DNA of 51,925 nt, taken from Bacteroidota bacterium. GTDB lineage: Bacteria > Bacteroidota > Bacteroidia > Chitinophagales > UBA8649. Of the stretch, positions 27,039 through 36,360 are shown in pieces. Where the stretch lies: assembly GCA_036128775.1 (NCBI GenBank), contig JAYYPZ010000051.1, positions 1 through 51,925 of the forward strand. Reading direction: 5' to 3'. A model generated the notes under the pieces. The model was not told the origin of the DNA and did not search any database. It was given only the letters and a program-made list of their open reading frames with translations. Position numbers and translations under genes: made by a program. The first letter of the stretch is position 1, and each line of letters begins with the position of its first letter.

Positions 27039-28040
27039 ATGCGCACAGCAGAACCTAAAAATCAGCATGTTTTCTTTGCCTGGACTAAAATCTCTAGACG
27101 CTCTGAAGAATTAGCCCAGCGCTTTAACGCAGAATATAAGCGCTATGATCGCAAGGATAACTCAAAAGCAACCTTAGCCTTCTCCTTGTTAACCAATGCC
27201 ATAAAGACCTTCTGTTGGATTGTGGTTAATCGGCCCAAGGTAATCTTTACGTTTAATGCACATCCCTACATTACCTTGATTGCGAAAATTGCAACTTGGG
27301 TAACATGTAAAGGAACCGTAATCCCAGATTTACATACAGCAGCCTACACAGACCACTTCTATGGTATAAAAAAAATCATTGCGCAGTGGATTTGGAAAAA
27401 GTGTCCAATTGTTATCATTCATAATCAAGAATCCAAAGAATTCCTTGCAAAGAAGCAGCCTAACCTAGCCGAGAAACTATTTGTTCTTGAAGATGCTATA
27501 CCAGATTTCACAGAATATCCCAAGCAACAGTCTGGGTCCTCTCCTGTAGGCGTGTTGGTCTCCATGTTTGCAAATGACGAACCCATTGAAGCGTTCTTAC
27601 AAGCTGCTTCTCGCATTAAGGAATGTACTTTTTATGTTACGGGAAATTTTAAGAAAGCCAAATTCGACCTAACCCCATATATGGTAGAACATATAAAGTT
27701 TCCTGGCTTTGTATCGGATAATGACTACCAACGTATGCTAGGAAATGCCGATTTCATAGCGGTACTTACAACGCGCGAAATGACCCTTTTATCTGGAGGT
27801 TATGAAGCCCTTGCCCTCGAGAAACCGTTAATCCTCTCAAAAACAAAAACACTAATGGATTATTACGGCGATTCAGCACTCTATGCAGAAAACAAGGCAG
27901 AGAGTATTGAATCTTCAATTCGACGGATTCTTGAGAATCTTGCCTTGTATCAAGAAAAGGTTGATGTCCATAAAAAGATCAAAGTCAAAGATTTCAATAC
28001 CAAGGCATCAACACTCCTCGACATCCTAAAGACCTTGTAG
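27039..28040 (+). CDS. Putative glycosyltransferase (GT-B/GT4-like)
   Basis: The C-terminal half has a GT-B-like pattern (FPGFVSDNDYQRML..ADFIAVL...LLSGGYEALALEKPLILS). No closer assignment is possible. Confidence 0.6.
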   Translation: MRTAEPKNQHVFFAWTKISRRSEELAQRFNAEYKRYDRKDNSKATLAFSLLTNAIKTFCWIVVNRPKVIFTFNAHPYITLIAKIATWVTCKGTVIPDLHTAAYTDHFYGIKKIIAQWIWKKCPIVIIHNQESKEFLAKKQPNLAEKLFVLEDAIPDFTEYPKQQSGSSPVGVLVSMFANDEPIEAFLQAASRIKECTFYVTGNFKKAKFDLTPYMVEHIKFPGFVSDNDYQRMLGNADFIAVLTTREMTLLSGGYEALALEKPLILSKTKTLMDYYGDSALYAENKAESIESSIRRILENLALYQEKVDVHKKIKVKDFNTKASTLLDILKTL

Positions 28041-28056
28041 CGACCTTATTATTGCC

Positions 28057-28899
28057 CTATAAAGAAGAGGTAAAATCATCTAATGTTACGGATGATAGCT
28101 CAGTGAGAATGTATTCTTTTTGCTCCGCTGAAAAAATGGTATCAAACTTATTCGTTGCCTTTATCTCATCACTGCTATCAGGTTTCCACTGCTCCTCTTC
28201 AAACTTTAACGCTTTAGTCTTTTTCGAAAAAGACAGCATATCCTCTGAAAACCTTACATCGATAAAATTGCATAATCCAGAGATCGCATGGCTTGCGTTA
28301 TTCAGAAGGTCATTGTAGGTGATATAAAAATGATTGGGTTGTTTTATGTATTGCTTATGGATTTTGATATCTCGTTTCCAGCGTTTGATACAATCCTGTA
28401 CACTCTGCTTTCCTCCAAAGGAATCGGGATATTGCTGACTTGCTTCATATAAAGACGCTACAACATCCTTTCCTTCCCTAACGACATGGATAAACTTGGT
28501 ATTCGGATCCGCATGTTGAATCAAGGGAATAAAATAAAGGTGCATGGGAGTCTTTTCAATCCAAGCTGTTGTCTGGTTGTCTTCAGGGATACGATCGATA
28601 AGGTCAAGCATTTCAGCTACCCAGCGCGTTGTGTTTGCCGTTTGCCTAGGAATTGCTTCATACAATTCCTCTCGTTGAATTTTTTTCAAAAAGTGCCTAA
28701 TAAACTCTTGATCTTTTTTGCCGTAAAATTTAAACCACTGTAATACCCTGTACTTAGGAATCGTACCACGAAAAAAATGCGTTTCCGGAAACGAGGCAAT
28801 CGCCTTGTTTGAGGCCAAGATAGATTGCAACAGCGTTGTACCCGAGCGTGCGCACCCCACGATAAAAATTCTATGTCGATCAGATGGCAAAGTCTTCAT
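28057..28899 (-). CDS. Sulfotransferase-family protein (PAPS-dependent)
   Basis: 5'-PSB loop IFIVGCARSGTTLL and 3'-PB-like VVREGKDVVASL. Confidence 0.8.
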   Translation of the reverse strand: MKTLPSDRHRIFIVGCARSGTTLLQSILASNKAIASFPETHFFRGTIPKYRVLQWFKFYGKKDQEFIRHFLKKIQREELYEAIPRQTANTTRWVAEMLDLIDRIPEDNQTTAWIEKTPMHLYFIPLIQHADPNTKFIHVVREGKDVVASLYEASQQYPDSFGGKQSVQDCIKRWKRDIKIHKQYIKQPNHFYITYNDLLNNASHAISGLCNFIDVRFSEDMLSFSKKTKALKFEEEQWKPDSSDEIKATNKFDTIFSAEQKEYILTELSSVTLDDFTSSL

Positions 28900-29866
28900 A
28901 ATGTTTTACTGGTAGAATGGAGTATCCCTGTTGAATCTTACGAATCTGCTCATTATTGAGCACCCTCTTCCATTTATTGTTAAGGTCCTCGAGTACTCGA
29001 AACGTCTTTAGGCCTTTACCCGGCTTATTCATCGTTTGAATAGTATTAGCTATCGTTTTATTCCAAGGAAGGTCTAATGCATTAAAAAGATTTTCAAAAC
29101 GTGCGACAGGGTCGACACATAGATCTTCATGTGTCCTTATTATACAAGAAGGGCGCTTGACAATTTCTTGTTCCCACAGATAATAGAATAATCCAATTTG
29201 AAAGCCCATTTTAGATAGCGGGTCCTCTAAACGTTGAATATCATCCGAGTAGTCTTCCAATACCGACTGTAGCTCTAATCTATTGATCAAACCACGATCA
29301 GCATCTTTTATATCCAGTTCTAAAGAGCTAGCGATAATATTAGCAGGATGGCGAAAAAGAAGGACAATCCAAGGGTCAAAATGATCTGCAATTAGCGAGA
29401 GGCATAATCCAGCGTGCACGGATTTAACAACTTGCCGCGAATAAGAAGCCCAGTTATCAGATGTGAGTCTAAACAGGAAGCTTGTCAAATTCTTCTTTGA
29501 GGAAAATCGGCCTTGTTCTTGCGCTAAACTAAGCTCTTTACGAAGTATATGTCCTTCATTATTACTCGCCGTATGACGGAAAAATCGATTGAGCGCATGA
29601 TTAACCACAGACTGATTAGCCGGGTACTTTCCATTAAATATGGATTGGTAGAATTCTATTACCTGACGATTTTGCTCTTGACTGGATGAAGCATACGGAA
29701 ATCGATGAAGAGACTGCTTCCATTGGCGACCGATAAAGCTATATTTTTCGTTATCTGGCTCCTTAAGCAGTCTTACACCATGTGCTGATCCAAGGATATT
29801 AGCAACCCAAGTCGTTCCGCTTCTTGAAAGCCCAGCTATAAAAATATTCTTGTTGCTAGTCGTCAT
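28880..29866 (-). CDS. Sulfotransferase-family protein (PAPS-dependent)
   Basis: 5'-PSB loop IFIAGLSRSGTTWV and LLFRHPANIIASS. It overlaps the downstream sulfotransferase gene by 20 nt. Confidence 0.75.
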   Translation of the reverse strand: MTTSNKNIFIAGLSRSGTTWVANILGSAHGVRLLKEPDNEKYSFIGRQWKQSLHRFPYASSSQEQNRQVIEFYQSIFNGKYPANQSVVNHALNRFFRHTASNNEGHILRKELSLAQEQGRFSSKKNLTSFLFRLTSDNWASYSRQVVKSVHAGLCLSLIADHFDPWIVLLFRHPANIIASSLELDIKDADRGLINRLELQSVLEDYSDDIQRLEDPLSKMGFQIGLFYYLWEQEIVKRPSCIIRTHEDLCVDPVARFENLFNALDLPWNKTIANTIQTMNKPGKGLKTFRVLEDLNNKWKRVLNNEQIRKIQQGYSILPVKHYEDFAI

Positions 29867-29962
29867 GGTTGGTTATCAATCGAACTCCTTCGATAGTTCT
29901 AAGGTAAGGCATTGATGCAACACGCATTTATCTCTTCAAGTACTTTTTGCAAACGTTGCGAT

Positions 29963-31417
29963 CTACAAGCTATCGATAGCAATCTTGGCCGACAACAAAC
30001 ATAGAGGCACTCCACCCCCTGGATGTCCACCCCCTCCTACAAAGCGAAGATTTTTTATTAATGGATTTCGTTCGCTGTGTCGAAAAAACGCACTAAATGG
30101 GGAATTTGAGGCATTGCCATACAGGGCCCCAGCATACGACGAAGTATCCCGCTCAATGCCTTTTGGCGTCCAAACCTGCTCAAACTGAATTGCCTTAGCC
30201 AACGAAATACCGAGCACAGAATCAATCTTGGCTAAAATGTTATCCTTAGCTCGTGCTGCCATTTCATCCCAATCCTGCCCGGAGTCATGCGGAACATTGA
30301 TCATAACAAACCAATTTTCAGCTTGACTCGGCGCATCACCTGCAATGTGCTTTTTACTTATATAGATGTAGACCGTAGGATCATCACTCACATTACCCAA
30401 TTGTATGGCCTGGAATTCTTCCTTATAGTTTGCGCTAAACAAGATGTTATGTACATCAAGGTTGGCGTGTTCCCCCTGAACACCCCAATAAAATATTAAG
30501 GCAGAGGTTGACTTCTCTTGGTTAATCACTTTTTTTGGAGACTTTAGCGAAGGAAGGAGCTTATTATAGGTAGGTTGTACATCCATATTCGTGATCACTC
30601 GATCAAACGAATGATGATGTTCTCCTGACCGAATACCGACGGCTCGCCTTCCCTCGAGCAAAATTTCATCAATTGGACTGTTTATATGAAATATCACGCC
30701 TAATTCCTTACCCAACTGAATTAGCGATTGAACCACATGGTGCATTCCTTTGTCCATAATAAAGGCCCCATGATTATGCTCAAGATGACTTATTACTGCC
30801 ATGGTTCCTGGCGCACGATATGGGTCAGAGCCATTGTAGGTAGCATATCGGTTAAACAACTGAATCGCCTCAGGAGTAGTAAAAAACTTTTTATGCAGAG
30901 CATTAAATGTTGTGAATGCCTTTAAGCGTCTTAGAGAAGCCGCTCTAGGAAAAACGTGCTTTGGTATGTAGCGCCAAGCCTTTCGCAGTGGATGACGAAG
31001 AAAAACCTCTTCGGTCAGTTCAAAAACTTTCTGAGCATGATGCAAATACTCTAATACATGATCGCTTCGTTCTCCGAAGACCCGTTCAAACTCTTGGGCA
31101 AAATCTTCGGCATTCGCATACGCATGAAACACTTTGCCATCAGGATAAAAATATTTTGTAATAACAGGCAGTCTTGAGTAGCTGTAATAATCTGAGGGAT
31201 TCTTACCACATGTTGTGAATAGCTCATCGAGCACTTCGGGCATCGTAAACAGCGAAGGACCTCTGTCAAATCGAAAACCAGCCTCACGAATTTCACCTGC
31301 CTTTCCCCCCAACATGGAATTTGCCTCAAACACGGAGACATTATATCCCTTATTGGCAGCTAGTGCGGCAGAAGCTAGTCCAGCCACCCCAGAACCAATG
31401 ACAGCAATTGAACTCAT
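29963..31417 (-). CDS. crtD: Phytoene-desaturase-family FAD oxidoreductase, CrtD-like (carotenoid 3,4-desaturase)
   Basis: N-terminal dinucleotide fold IAVIGSGVAGLASAALAANKGYNVSVFEAN..LGGK. FNRYATYNGSDPYRAPGTMAVISHLE resembles flavobacterial CrtD rather than CrtI, as far as I recall. C-terminal GGGGHPGGGVP. The subfamily call is less certain than the family call. Confidence 0.75.
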   Translation of the reverse strand: MSSIAVIGSGVAGLASAALAANKGYNVSVFEANSMLGGKAGEIREAGFRFDRGPSLFTMPEVLDELFTTCGKNPSDYYSYSRLPVITKYFYPDGKVFHAYANAEDFAQEFERVFGERSDHVLEYLHHAQKVFELTEEVFLRHPLRKAWRYIPKHVFPRAASLRRLKAFTTFNALHKKFFTTPEAIQLFNRYATYNGSDPYRAPGTMAVISHLEHNHGAFIMDKGMHHVVQSLIQLGKELGVIFHINSPIDEILLEGRRAVGIRSGEHHHSFDRVITNMDVQPTYNKLLPSLKSPKKVINQEKSTSALIFYWGVQGEHANLDVHNILFSANYKEEFQAIQLGNVSDDPTVYIYISKKHIAGDAPSQAENWFVMINVPHDSGQDWDEMAARAKDNILAKIDSVLGISLAKAIQFEQVWTPKGIERDTSSYAGALYGNASNSPFSAFFRHSERNPLIKNLRFVGGGGHPGGGVPLCLLSAKIAIDSL

Positions 31418-31427
31418 AAAAGAGGGA

Positions 31428-32648
31428 TTAGCTTAGTTTATGGCCTCCTAAATCACGCTTAGCTTGCAAGTACTTCTCATTATGCGGATTTGGAGCAATC
31501 TCAATAGGAACAGCCTCAACGACTTCTAACCCATAACCTATCAGACCAACCCGTTTAGTAGGATTGTTCGACATCAGACGCATTTTTCGAATGCCGAGCT
31601 CTCTTAGAATTTGCGCTCCCACTCCATAATCGCGCTGATCCATATCAAAGCCCAAGGCCTGATTGGCTTCATAGGTATTCATACCTTCCTCTTGCAGCGC
31701 ATAGGCTTGAAGTTTACTTCGAAGCCCAATACCCCTTCCCTCTTGTTGCATATATAAGAGAACGCCTTGTCCTTCATGTTGAATATGTTGGAGGGCCGAA
31801 CTCAACTGATCACCACAGTCACAGCGCAGGGATTGAAGAAGGTCACCTGTTAAACAAGAGGAGTGAACTCGAGTAAGCACGGCATCTTCCTCACTCCATT
31901 CGCCCATGGTCAACGCAAAATGAAATTCTCCAGTATTCTCTTGAGTAAAGCCATGCAATTGGAAATCTCCATACTTTGTTGGAAGCTTAACTTGAAGGTC
32001 TTTAGATACCAACGACTCGTGCCTCAATCGATACTTAATGAGGTCTTCAATGGAGATAATCCGCAAGTCAAACTTTTCTGCAACCTTCCAGAGGTCTGGC
32101 ATTCGTGCCATCGAGCCATCATCATTGAGTATTTCTACAAGGACGCCCGCAGGCTCAAAACCTGATAATCGAGCTAAATCCACCGCTGCTTCTGTGTGAC
32201 CCGCTCTGCGAAGCACCCCACCATTTTTTGCCTTGAGCGGAAAAATGTGTCCAGGCTTACCTAAATCCTCTGGGCGCGTTGCAGGGTCAATAAGCGCTTG
32301 AATTGTCTTTGCACGATCTTGCGCACTGATTCCTGTCGTCACACCATCTTTTAAGAGGTCAACGGAAACGGTAAACTGGGTTTCATGGAGCACCGTGTTT
32401 TTGCCGACCATTAAGTCAAGTTGTAACGCCTCTGCACGGGCTTCAGTGATCGGAGCGCAAATCAGTCCTCTTCCTTCCTTAGCCATAAAGTTTACCACCT
32501 CAGGATTGGCATTGGCAGCAGCTGTAATGAAATCCCCTTCATTTTCCCGATCCTCATCATCAACAACGATGACTAGTTTGCCTGCCTTAATCGCCTCGAT
32601 GGCGGACTCCACCGTGTCCAACTTTCTTTCTTCAATAGCTTTACTCAT
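31428..32648 (-). CDS. ribBA: Bifunctional 3,4-dihydroxy-2-butanone-4-phosphate synthase / GTP cyclohydrolase II
   Basis: DDEDRENEGDF and GHTEAAVDLA (RibB half); VHSSCLTGD..SLRCDCG and EGRGIGL (RibA half). The ATG at 32648 is preferred, and it overlaps the upstream GT2 stop. Confidence 0.95.
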   Translation of the reverse strand: MSKAIEERKLDTVESAIEAIKAGKLVIVVDDEDRENEGDFITAAANANPEVVNFMAKEGRGLICAPITEARAEALQLDLMVGKNTVLHETQFTVSVDLLKDGVTTGISAQDRAKTIQALIDPATRPEDLGKPGHIFPLKAKNGGVLRRAGHTEAAVDLARLSGFEPAGVLVEILNDDGSMARMPDLWKVAEKFDLRIISIEDLIKYRLRHESLVSKDLQVKLPTKYGDFQLHGFTQENTGEFHFALTMGEWSEEDAVLTRVHSSCLTGDLLQSLRCDCGDQLSSALQHIQHEGQGVLLYMQQEGRGIGLRSKLQAYALQEEGMNTYEANQALGFDMDQRDYGVGAQILRELGIRKMRLMSNNPTKRVGLIGYGLEVVEAVPIEIAPNPHNEKYLQAKRDLGGHKLS

Positions 32649-33822
32649 TGCGCATTCTTTCTGTTGGCTTCCATATTCCATGGCGCCGGCCCAATACAAA
32701 ATCAAACGTTCCACAAAGTACGGCCATATTCATAATTATGAAGTAGCTAAATCCCTGAAGAAGTTTAGGACTTCGATGAAACAATCTTTCTCCTAAATTA
32801 TGAGCCACCATACAAAGGGCGATTAACCCAATACACGTTAAACTCCAAAAATATCCATAGGGTTGTAAAAAAGTGTCAAGAAAACAACCCGAGACAATAA
32901 GCGCTATTCCCAAGATGGGTGTTAACCACCTCAGAATCTTATGCGACCACAATAACCATAGTGTTTGAAAAGATGCTCGACCAGGCAACTTGGGCAATTT
33001 CAAAAGATTTTGCCAATTCCCGCAAGTTATTCTTCGCTTTCTTCGAAACTCAACGGCTAACTTCCCTGATACAGATTCGTGGGCTACAATTTCATGACTG
33101 ACTATGGATGGTTTTCCCGTCTTTAACTGAGCGTAGGCGATAAAAAAGTCATCTACCGTCAATTTTGGAGGGATCACAGGAAGGTTCTTGCAAGGCAAGA
33201 TGTAACATGCACCAAAAACACCCATTGCGCGATGAAATACATCTCCTTCCGCAAGCTTTAATCGGGTCTCCAAAGAGAGATACATCGACTCGCTATCAAA
33301 ATAAATCTCTTTTGAATTTGACTGGCTTCGACTTCGTCCTGCGATGATAGCCTCAGGATTTTGTTGTACAAGTCGATGCAGTACGGCCCATCCTTCGGAT
33401 TGTATAACAACATCAGCATCCAAACACAGCAGATACCCCTTACGAGCTCTCAACATGTCCTGATACTTATGCCATTGCCCGGGTTTGCCGAGTCGTTCGT
33501 CACTTTGAATAAGCGTAAATCGTTTGTCAAGGGTCTGAAAGCGTTCAATAACAGCATGACTTCCATCTGTTGAGGCATCTGAGATAATGATAAACTCAGC
33601 ATTCCACATATCTCCAGGACAGGTGATTAACGCACTAAGACTATTTTCTAAAACACCTTCTTCGTTATGTATGAACATTACAATCGTCAATGGCAAGGTG
33701 CCTTCGTTATGAGGAAGAGCTGCTCGATTGTGAGGAACCCTGCGAAAAGCAAAAAGCATAACGCCTGGAAATATAATCCACGTATAGACCAAAAGAAAAA
33801 GTAAGACACCTGCTATAATCAT
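32641..33822 (-). CDS. Membrane-embedded family-2 glycosyltransferase
   Basis: N-terminal TM helix and a GT-A core (IVMFIHNEE, IIISDASTDGS, LCLDADVV). An RRKRRITCGNWQ region is followed by about four C-terminal TM helices. Size and topology are comparable to carotenoid GT2s (CrtQ/CruC type) but also to many other lipid- or polymer-acting GT2s. Confidence 0.8.
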   Translation of the reverse strand: MIIAGVLLFLLVYTWIIFPGVMLFAFRRVPHNRAALPHNEGTLPLTIVMFIHNEEGVLENSLSALITCPGDMWNAEFIIISDASTDGSHAVIERFQTLDKRFTLIQSDERLGKPGQWHKYQDMLRARKGYLLCLDADVVIQSEGWAVLHRLVQQNPEAIIAGRSRSQSNSKEIYFDSESMYLSLETRLKLAEGDVFHRAMGVFGACYILPCKNLPVIPPKLTVDDFFIAYAQLKTGKPSIVSHEIVAHESVSGKLAVEFRRKRRITCGNWQNLLKLPKLPGRASFQTLWLLWSHKILRWLTPILGIALIVSGCFLDTFLQPYGYFWSLTCIGLIALCMVAHNLGERLFHRSPKLLQGFSYFIIMNMAVLCGTFDFVLGRRHGIWKPTERMRNE

Positions 33823-35012
33823 TAATACTTCTTGTCTATGCCGATTGAATACTTATCATAAAGCGCCTTGCCTATACTCGATGGGTTATGATGCTGATCA
33901 ACATAATGCATGCCACGCTGCCTCAAGCCATCCCACAAACCCTCTTCACTTGAAATCTTGCAAATCGACTCAACAAATTGTTCAACGTCTTCTGCAATGA
34001 GCACCTCTTGGTTGTCGGCGACGGCAAGACCTTGAAATGCCTTTGAAGTGCCAATACAGGGAATACCTGCGGCGAGTGCCTCTAACACCTTGACGCGAAC
34101 TCCTCCTCCTGATTTAAAGGGCATAATCATGACATCCATGGACCGCACAAAGTGCAAGGCCGATTTGACCTCGCCAAGTATATGGATTTGATTTGATCGC
34201 CTCTTGACTAGCCAACTCGGCATATTGCGGCCTGCAAGATGTAAGGTCCAGTTATCCAATATATTTAGCCGCGGTACTATTTCATCTAAGAGCCATTCAG
34301 CCGCCTCGGCGTTAGGTGACCAATCCCAGGAAGCAATCAATCCAAGACGGAGGCCTCCACCCGTTATTCGGTTAGGCTGAGCAATATGATCTGCTACCAT
34401 TCCTATAGGTATAACCTCTGTTCTCACCTCAGGGCAGTTCATCCGAACCAATTCGTTGTCTTCATGAGATATAGGTAAAACAAGATCTGCGCTAGACCAC
34501 GCCAAGCGTTCAAATCGCCTGATATCATTCGCCATTTTCTGATATAATGCATAATGCAGTCCTCGAACACCGGCGAGGCGATTTTGCCAAATCTCTTCCT
34601 CGATATTATGAAGACGTAGAATGATTGGAGCATGGCTAATTTTTCTTAGGCCTTCTATATAGGTAGCAAGAAAAACGCTTTCAATTTGGATAATATCAGG
34701 TTCGTAATGGCTTACCACCTCATGTAAACTCGATGCAGCATCTGCATTATAAAAACGTCTTACCTGCAAGGGATACTTTCTCTGATAGGAAAAAAAATGG
34801 GAAGCGACTGCCGTATTGATTGTCATTGTGTAGGCCTGATTTTCCTCATCATAGCGAAGCCCCTTCAAGGATTTGCCTGAGGAATCCAATGAAAACCAAA
34901 CCACATCTGCCCCGGCACGTTTCAAGCTTTTACCCAGTGTGTAAACAGCCATTGACTCTCCGTCCATAGGCGGATGAACTTGTTTCTTTGAGAGGATTAA
35001 AACTTTCATCAA
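33822..35012 (-). CDS. Glycosyltransferase, GT4 (GT-B) family
   Basis: GGGVRVKVLEALAAGIPCIGTS E-x7-E region. The stop overlaps the GT2 start (TAATG). Confidence 0.85.
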   Translation of the reverse strand: MMKVLILSKKQVHPPMDGESMAVYTLGKSLKRAGADVVWFSLDSSGKSLKGLRYDEENQAYTMTINTAVASHFFSYQRKYPLQVRRFYNADAASSLHEVVSHYEPDIIQIESVFLATYIEGLRKISHAPIILRLHNIEEEIWQNRLAGVRGLHYALYQKMANDIRRFERLAWSSADLVLPISHEDNELVRMNCPEVRTEVIPIGMVADHIAQPNRITGGGLRLGLIASWDWSPNAEAAEWLLDEIVPRLNILDNWTLHLAGRNMPSWLVKRRSNQIHILGEVKSALHFVRSMDVMIMPFKSGGGVRVKVLEALAAGIPCIGTSKAFQGLAVADNQEVLIAEDVEQFVESICKISSEEGLWDGLRQRGMHYVDQHHNPSSIGKALYDKYSIGIDKKY

Positions 35013-35077
35013 CGTCTGCTAAGATATTGAGTTCTTTAGCACTAACGATTACTTAGAATCCTTGGTATCTTTGGTTT

Positions 35078-35827
35078 ATGTCATCGTCTCCTAAAACAGT
35101 GCCTCAAATCACCATTATCATGCCTGCCTATAATGCAGAAGAGACCCTGGCAAAAACTTTATCCGAAATTCCTTCAGGTATAGCCCAGCATGTCATTCTT
35201 ACAGATGACGCTAGTACTGACAATACAGTACGTGCAGCAGAAGAATTGAATATTGACATCATCATTCAACACGAATTCAATAAGGGATATGGTGCGAACC
35301 AAAAATCTTGTTATCGAAAGGCACTTGATATAGGGTCTGACATCATCATTATGTTACATCCAGACTATCAGTACTCTCCTAAACTAATCCCTGCCATGGT
35401 TGCGATGATTACCTCCGGGCACTATGACGTGATCTTGGCTTCTAGAATTCTCAGTGGCGGTGCACTAAAAGGGGGCATGCCTCTTTATAAGTATGTGGCT
35501 AATCGCTTACTTACGTTTACACAAAACATATTTATGGGCTTAAAACTTTCGGAATATCACACAGGCTATCGTGCATTTCGATCAGATGTTCTCCAATCCA
35601 TTGATTTCGAATCCAATTCAGATGATTTCATATTCGACAATCAACTTCTTGCTCAAATTGCCTCCAAGAAGTTTGCTATCGGAGAAGTAACCTGCCCCAC
35701 AAAATATTTCAAGGAAGCCTCTTCGATAAACCTCAGACGAAGTGTGATATACGGCCTAGGGTGTTTACGGATTACTTGGCTCTATTTTCTATGGAGGATA
35801 AGGTGGCACAAAACGCTAAAAGTTTAG
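35078..35827 (+). CDS. Family-2 glycosyltransferase (dolichyl/polyprenyl-phosphate sugar synthase-like)
   Basis: ITIIMPAYNAEETL, LTDDASTDNT, NKGYGANQK, HPDYQY, YHTGYRAF. It is soluble, with a GT-A fold. Confidence 0.85.
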   Translation: MSSSPKTVPQITIIMPAYNAEETLAKTLSEIPSGIAQHVILTDDASTDNTVRAAEELNIDIIIQHEFNKGYGANQKSCYRKALDIGSDIIIMLHPDYQYSPKLIPAMVAMITSGHYDVILASRILSGGALKGGMPLYKYVANRLLTFTQNIFMGLKLSEYHTGYRAFRSDVLQSIDFESNSDDFIFDNQLLAQIASKKFAIGEVTCPTKYFKEASSINLRRSVIYGLGCLRITWLYFLWRIRWHKTLKV

Positions 35828-35918
35828 CCGCATTGCTTTTAACGTTTTTTTATATGCCTCGTATGTGTTCTTTAGCAAATCTGCGTTAGAAGTACATGAT
35901 TCGCCTTATTTTTGAATT

Positions 35919-36350
35919 ATGGTCTTTCTGAGAACCTTACTTATCTTTTTGGCAGTAAGTATTGCTACTTTGCTCCATGCACAGGTGGATAATAAAGAGA
36001 TTAAATCCTGCCTGGTTCTCAGTTTTAATGAAATCTCCCTAGTCGGAAGCGATCAAGAAGCGGTCTATCAAGACATAGCGTCCCTATGCGAAACCGGCGA
36101 GTGTAGCATAGAAGAAATAGCAAGTTTTCTCCCTAATCTTCCAAGCTCTAACCGGAATTTATCGACCTTTCTCAAAAGAAAGAATTATTCTTTCGAGACC
36201 GATTTACCCACCGATTCTCTTGCTACCTTAGTCCTCTTATCCATTGAAGACAATCTTCTGGTAAAAAGCTTTATGGAACGTTCAGAGGACCGGCCAACTC
36301 GACTTCATACGGCCTTAGTTAAGTGGCTCAACCTATTTAAAGAATCATAA
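35919..36350 (+). CDS. Secreted hypothetical protein (paralog of N-domain of next gene)
   Basis: Signal peptide ending LLHAQ. It shares a C-x(n)-C-x4-C pattern and the (V/G)(K/L)(S/K)F(M/L)(E/D)R...(V/Q)(K/G)WL(N/E)(L/I)F end motif with 36361-37770. Confidence 0.55.
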   Translation: MVFLRTLLIFLAVSIATLLHAQVDNKEIKSCLVLSFNEISLVGSDQEAVYQDIASLCETGECSIEEIASFLPNLPSSNRNLSTFLKRKNYSFETDLPTDSLATLVLLSIEDNLLVKSFMERSEDRPTRLHTALVKWLNLFKES

Positions 36351-36360
36351 AATTCGTTTA

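Noticed and set aside
31428-32714. FMN riboswitch (RFN element) expected upstream of ribBA
   Set aside because: There is no leader. The ribBA start (32648) overlaps the stop of the upstream GT2 gene, and no RFN-like conserved segments were seen in the preceding coding sequence.
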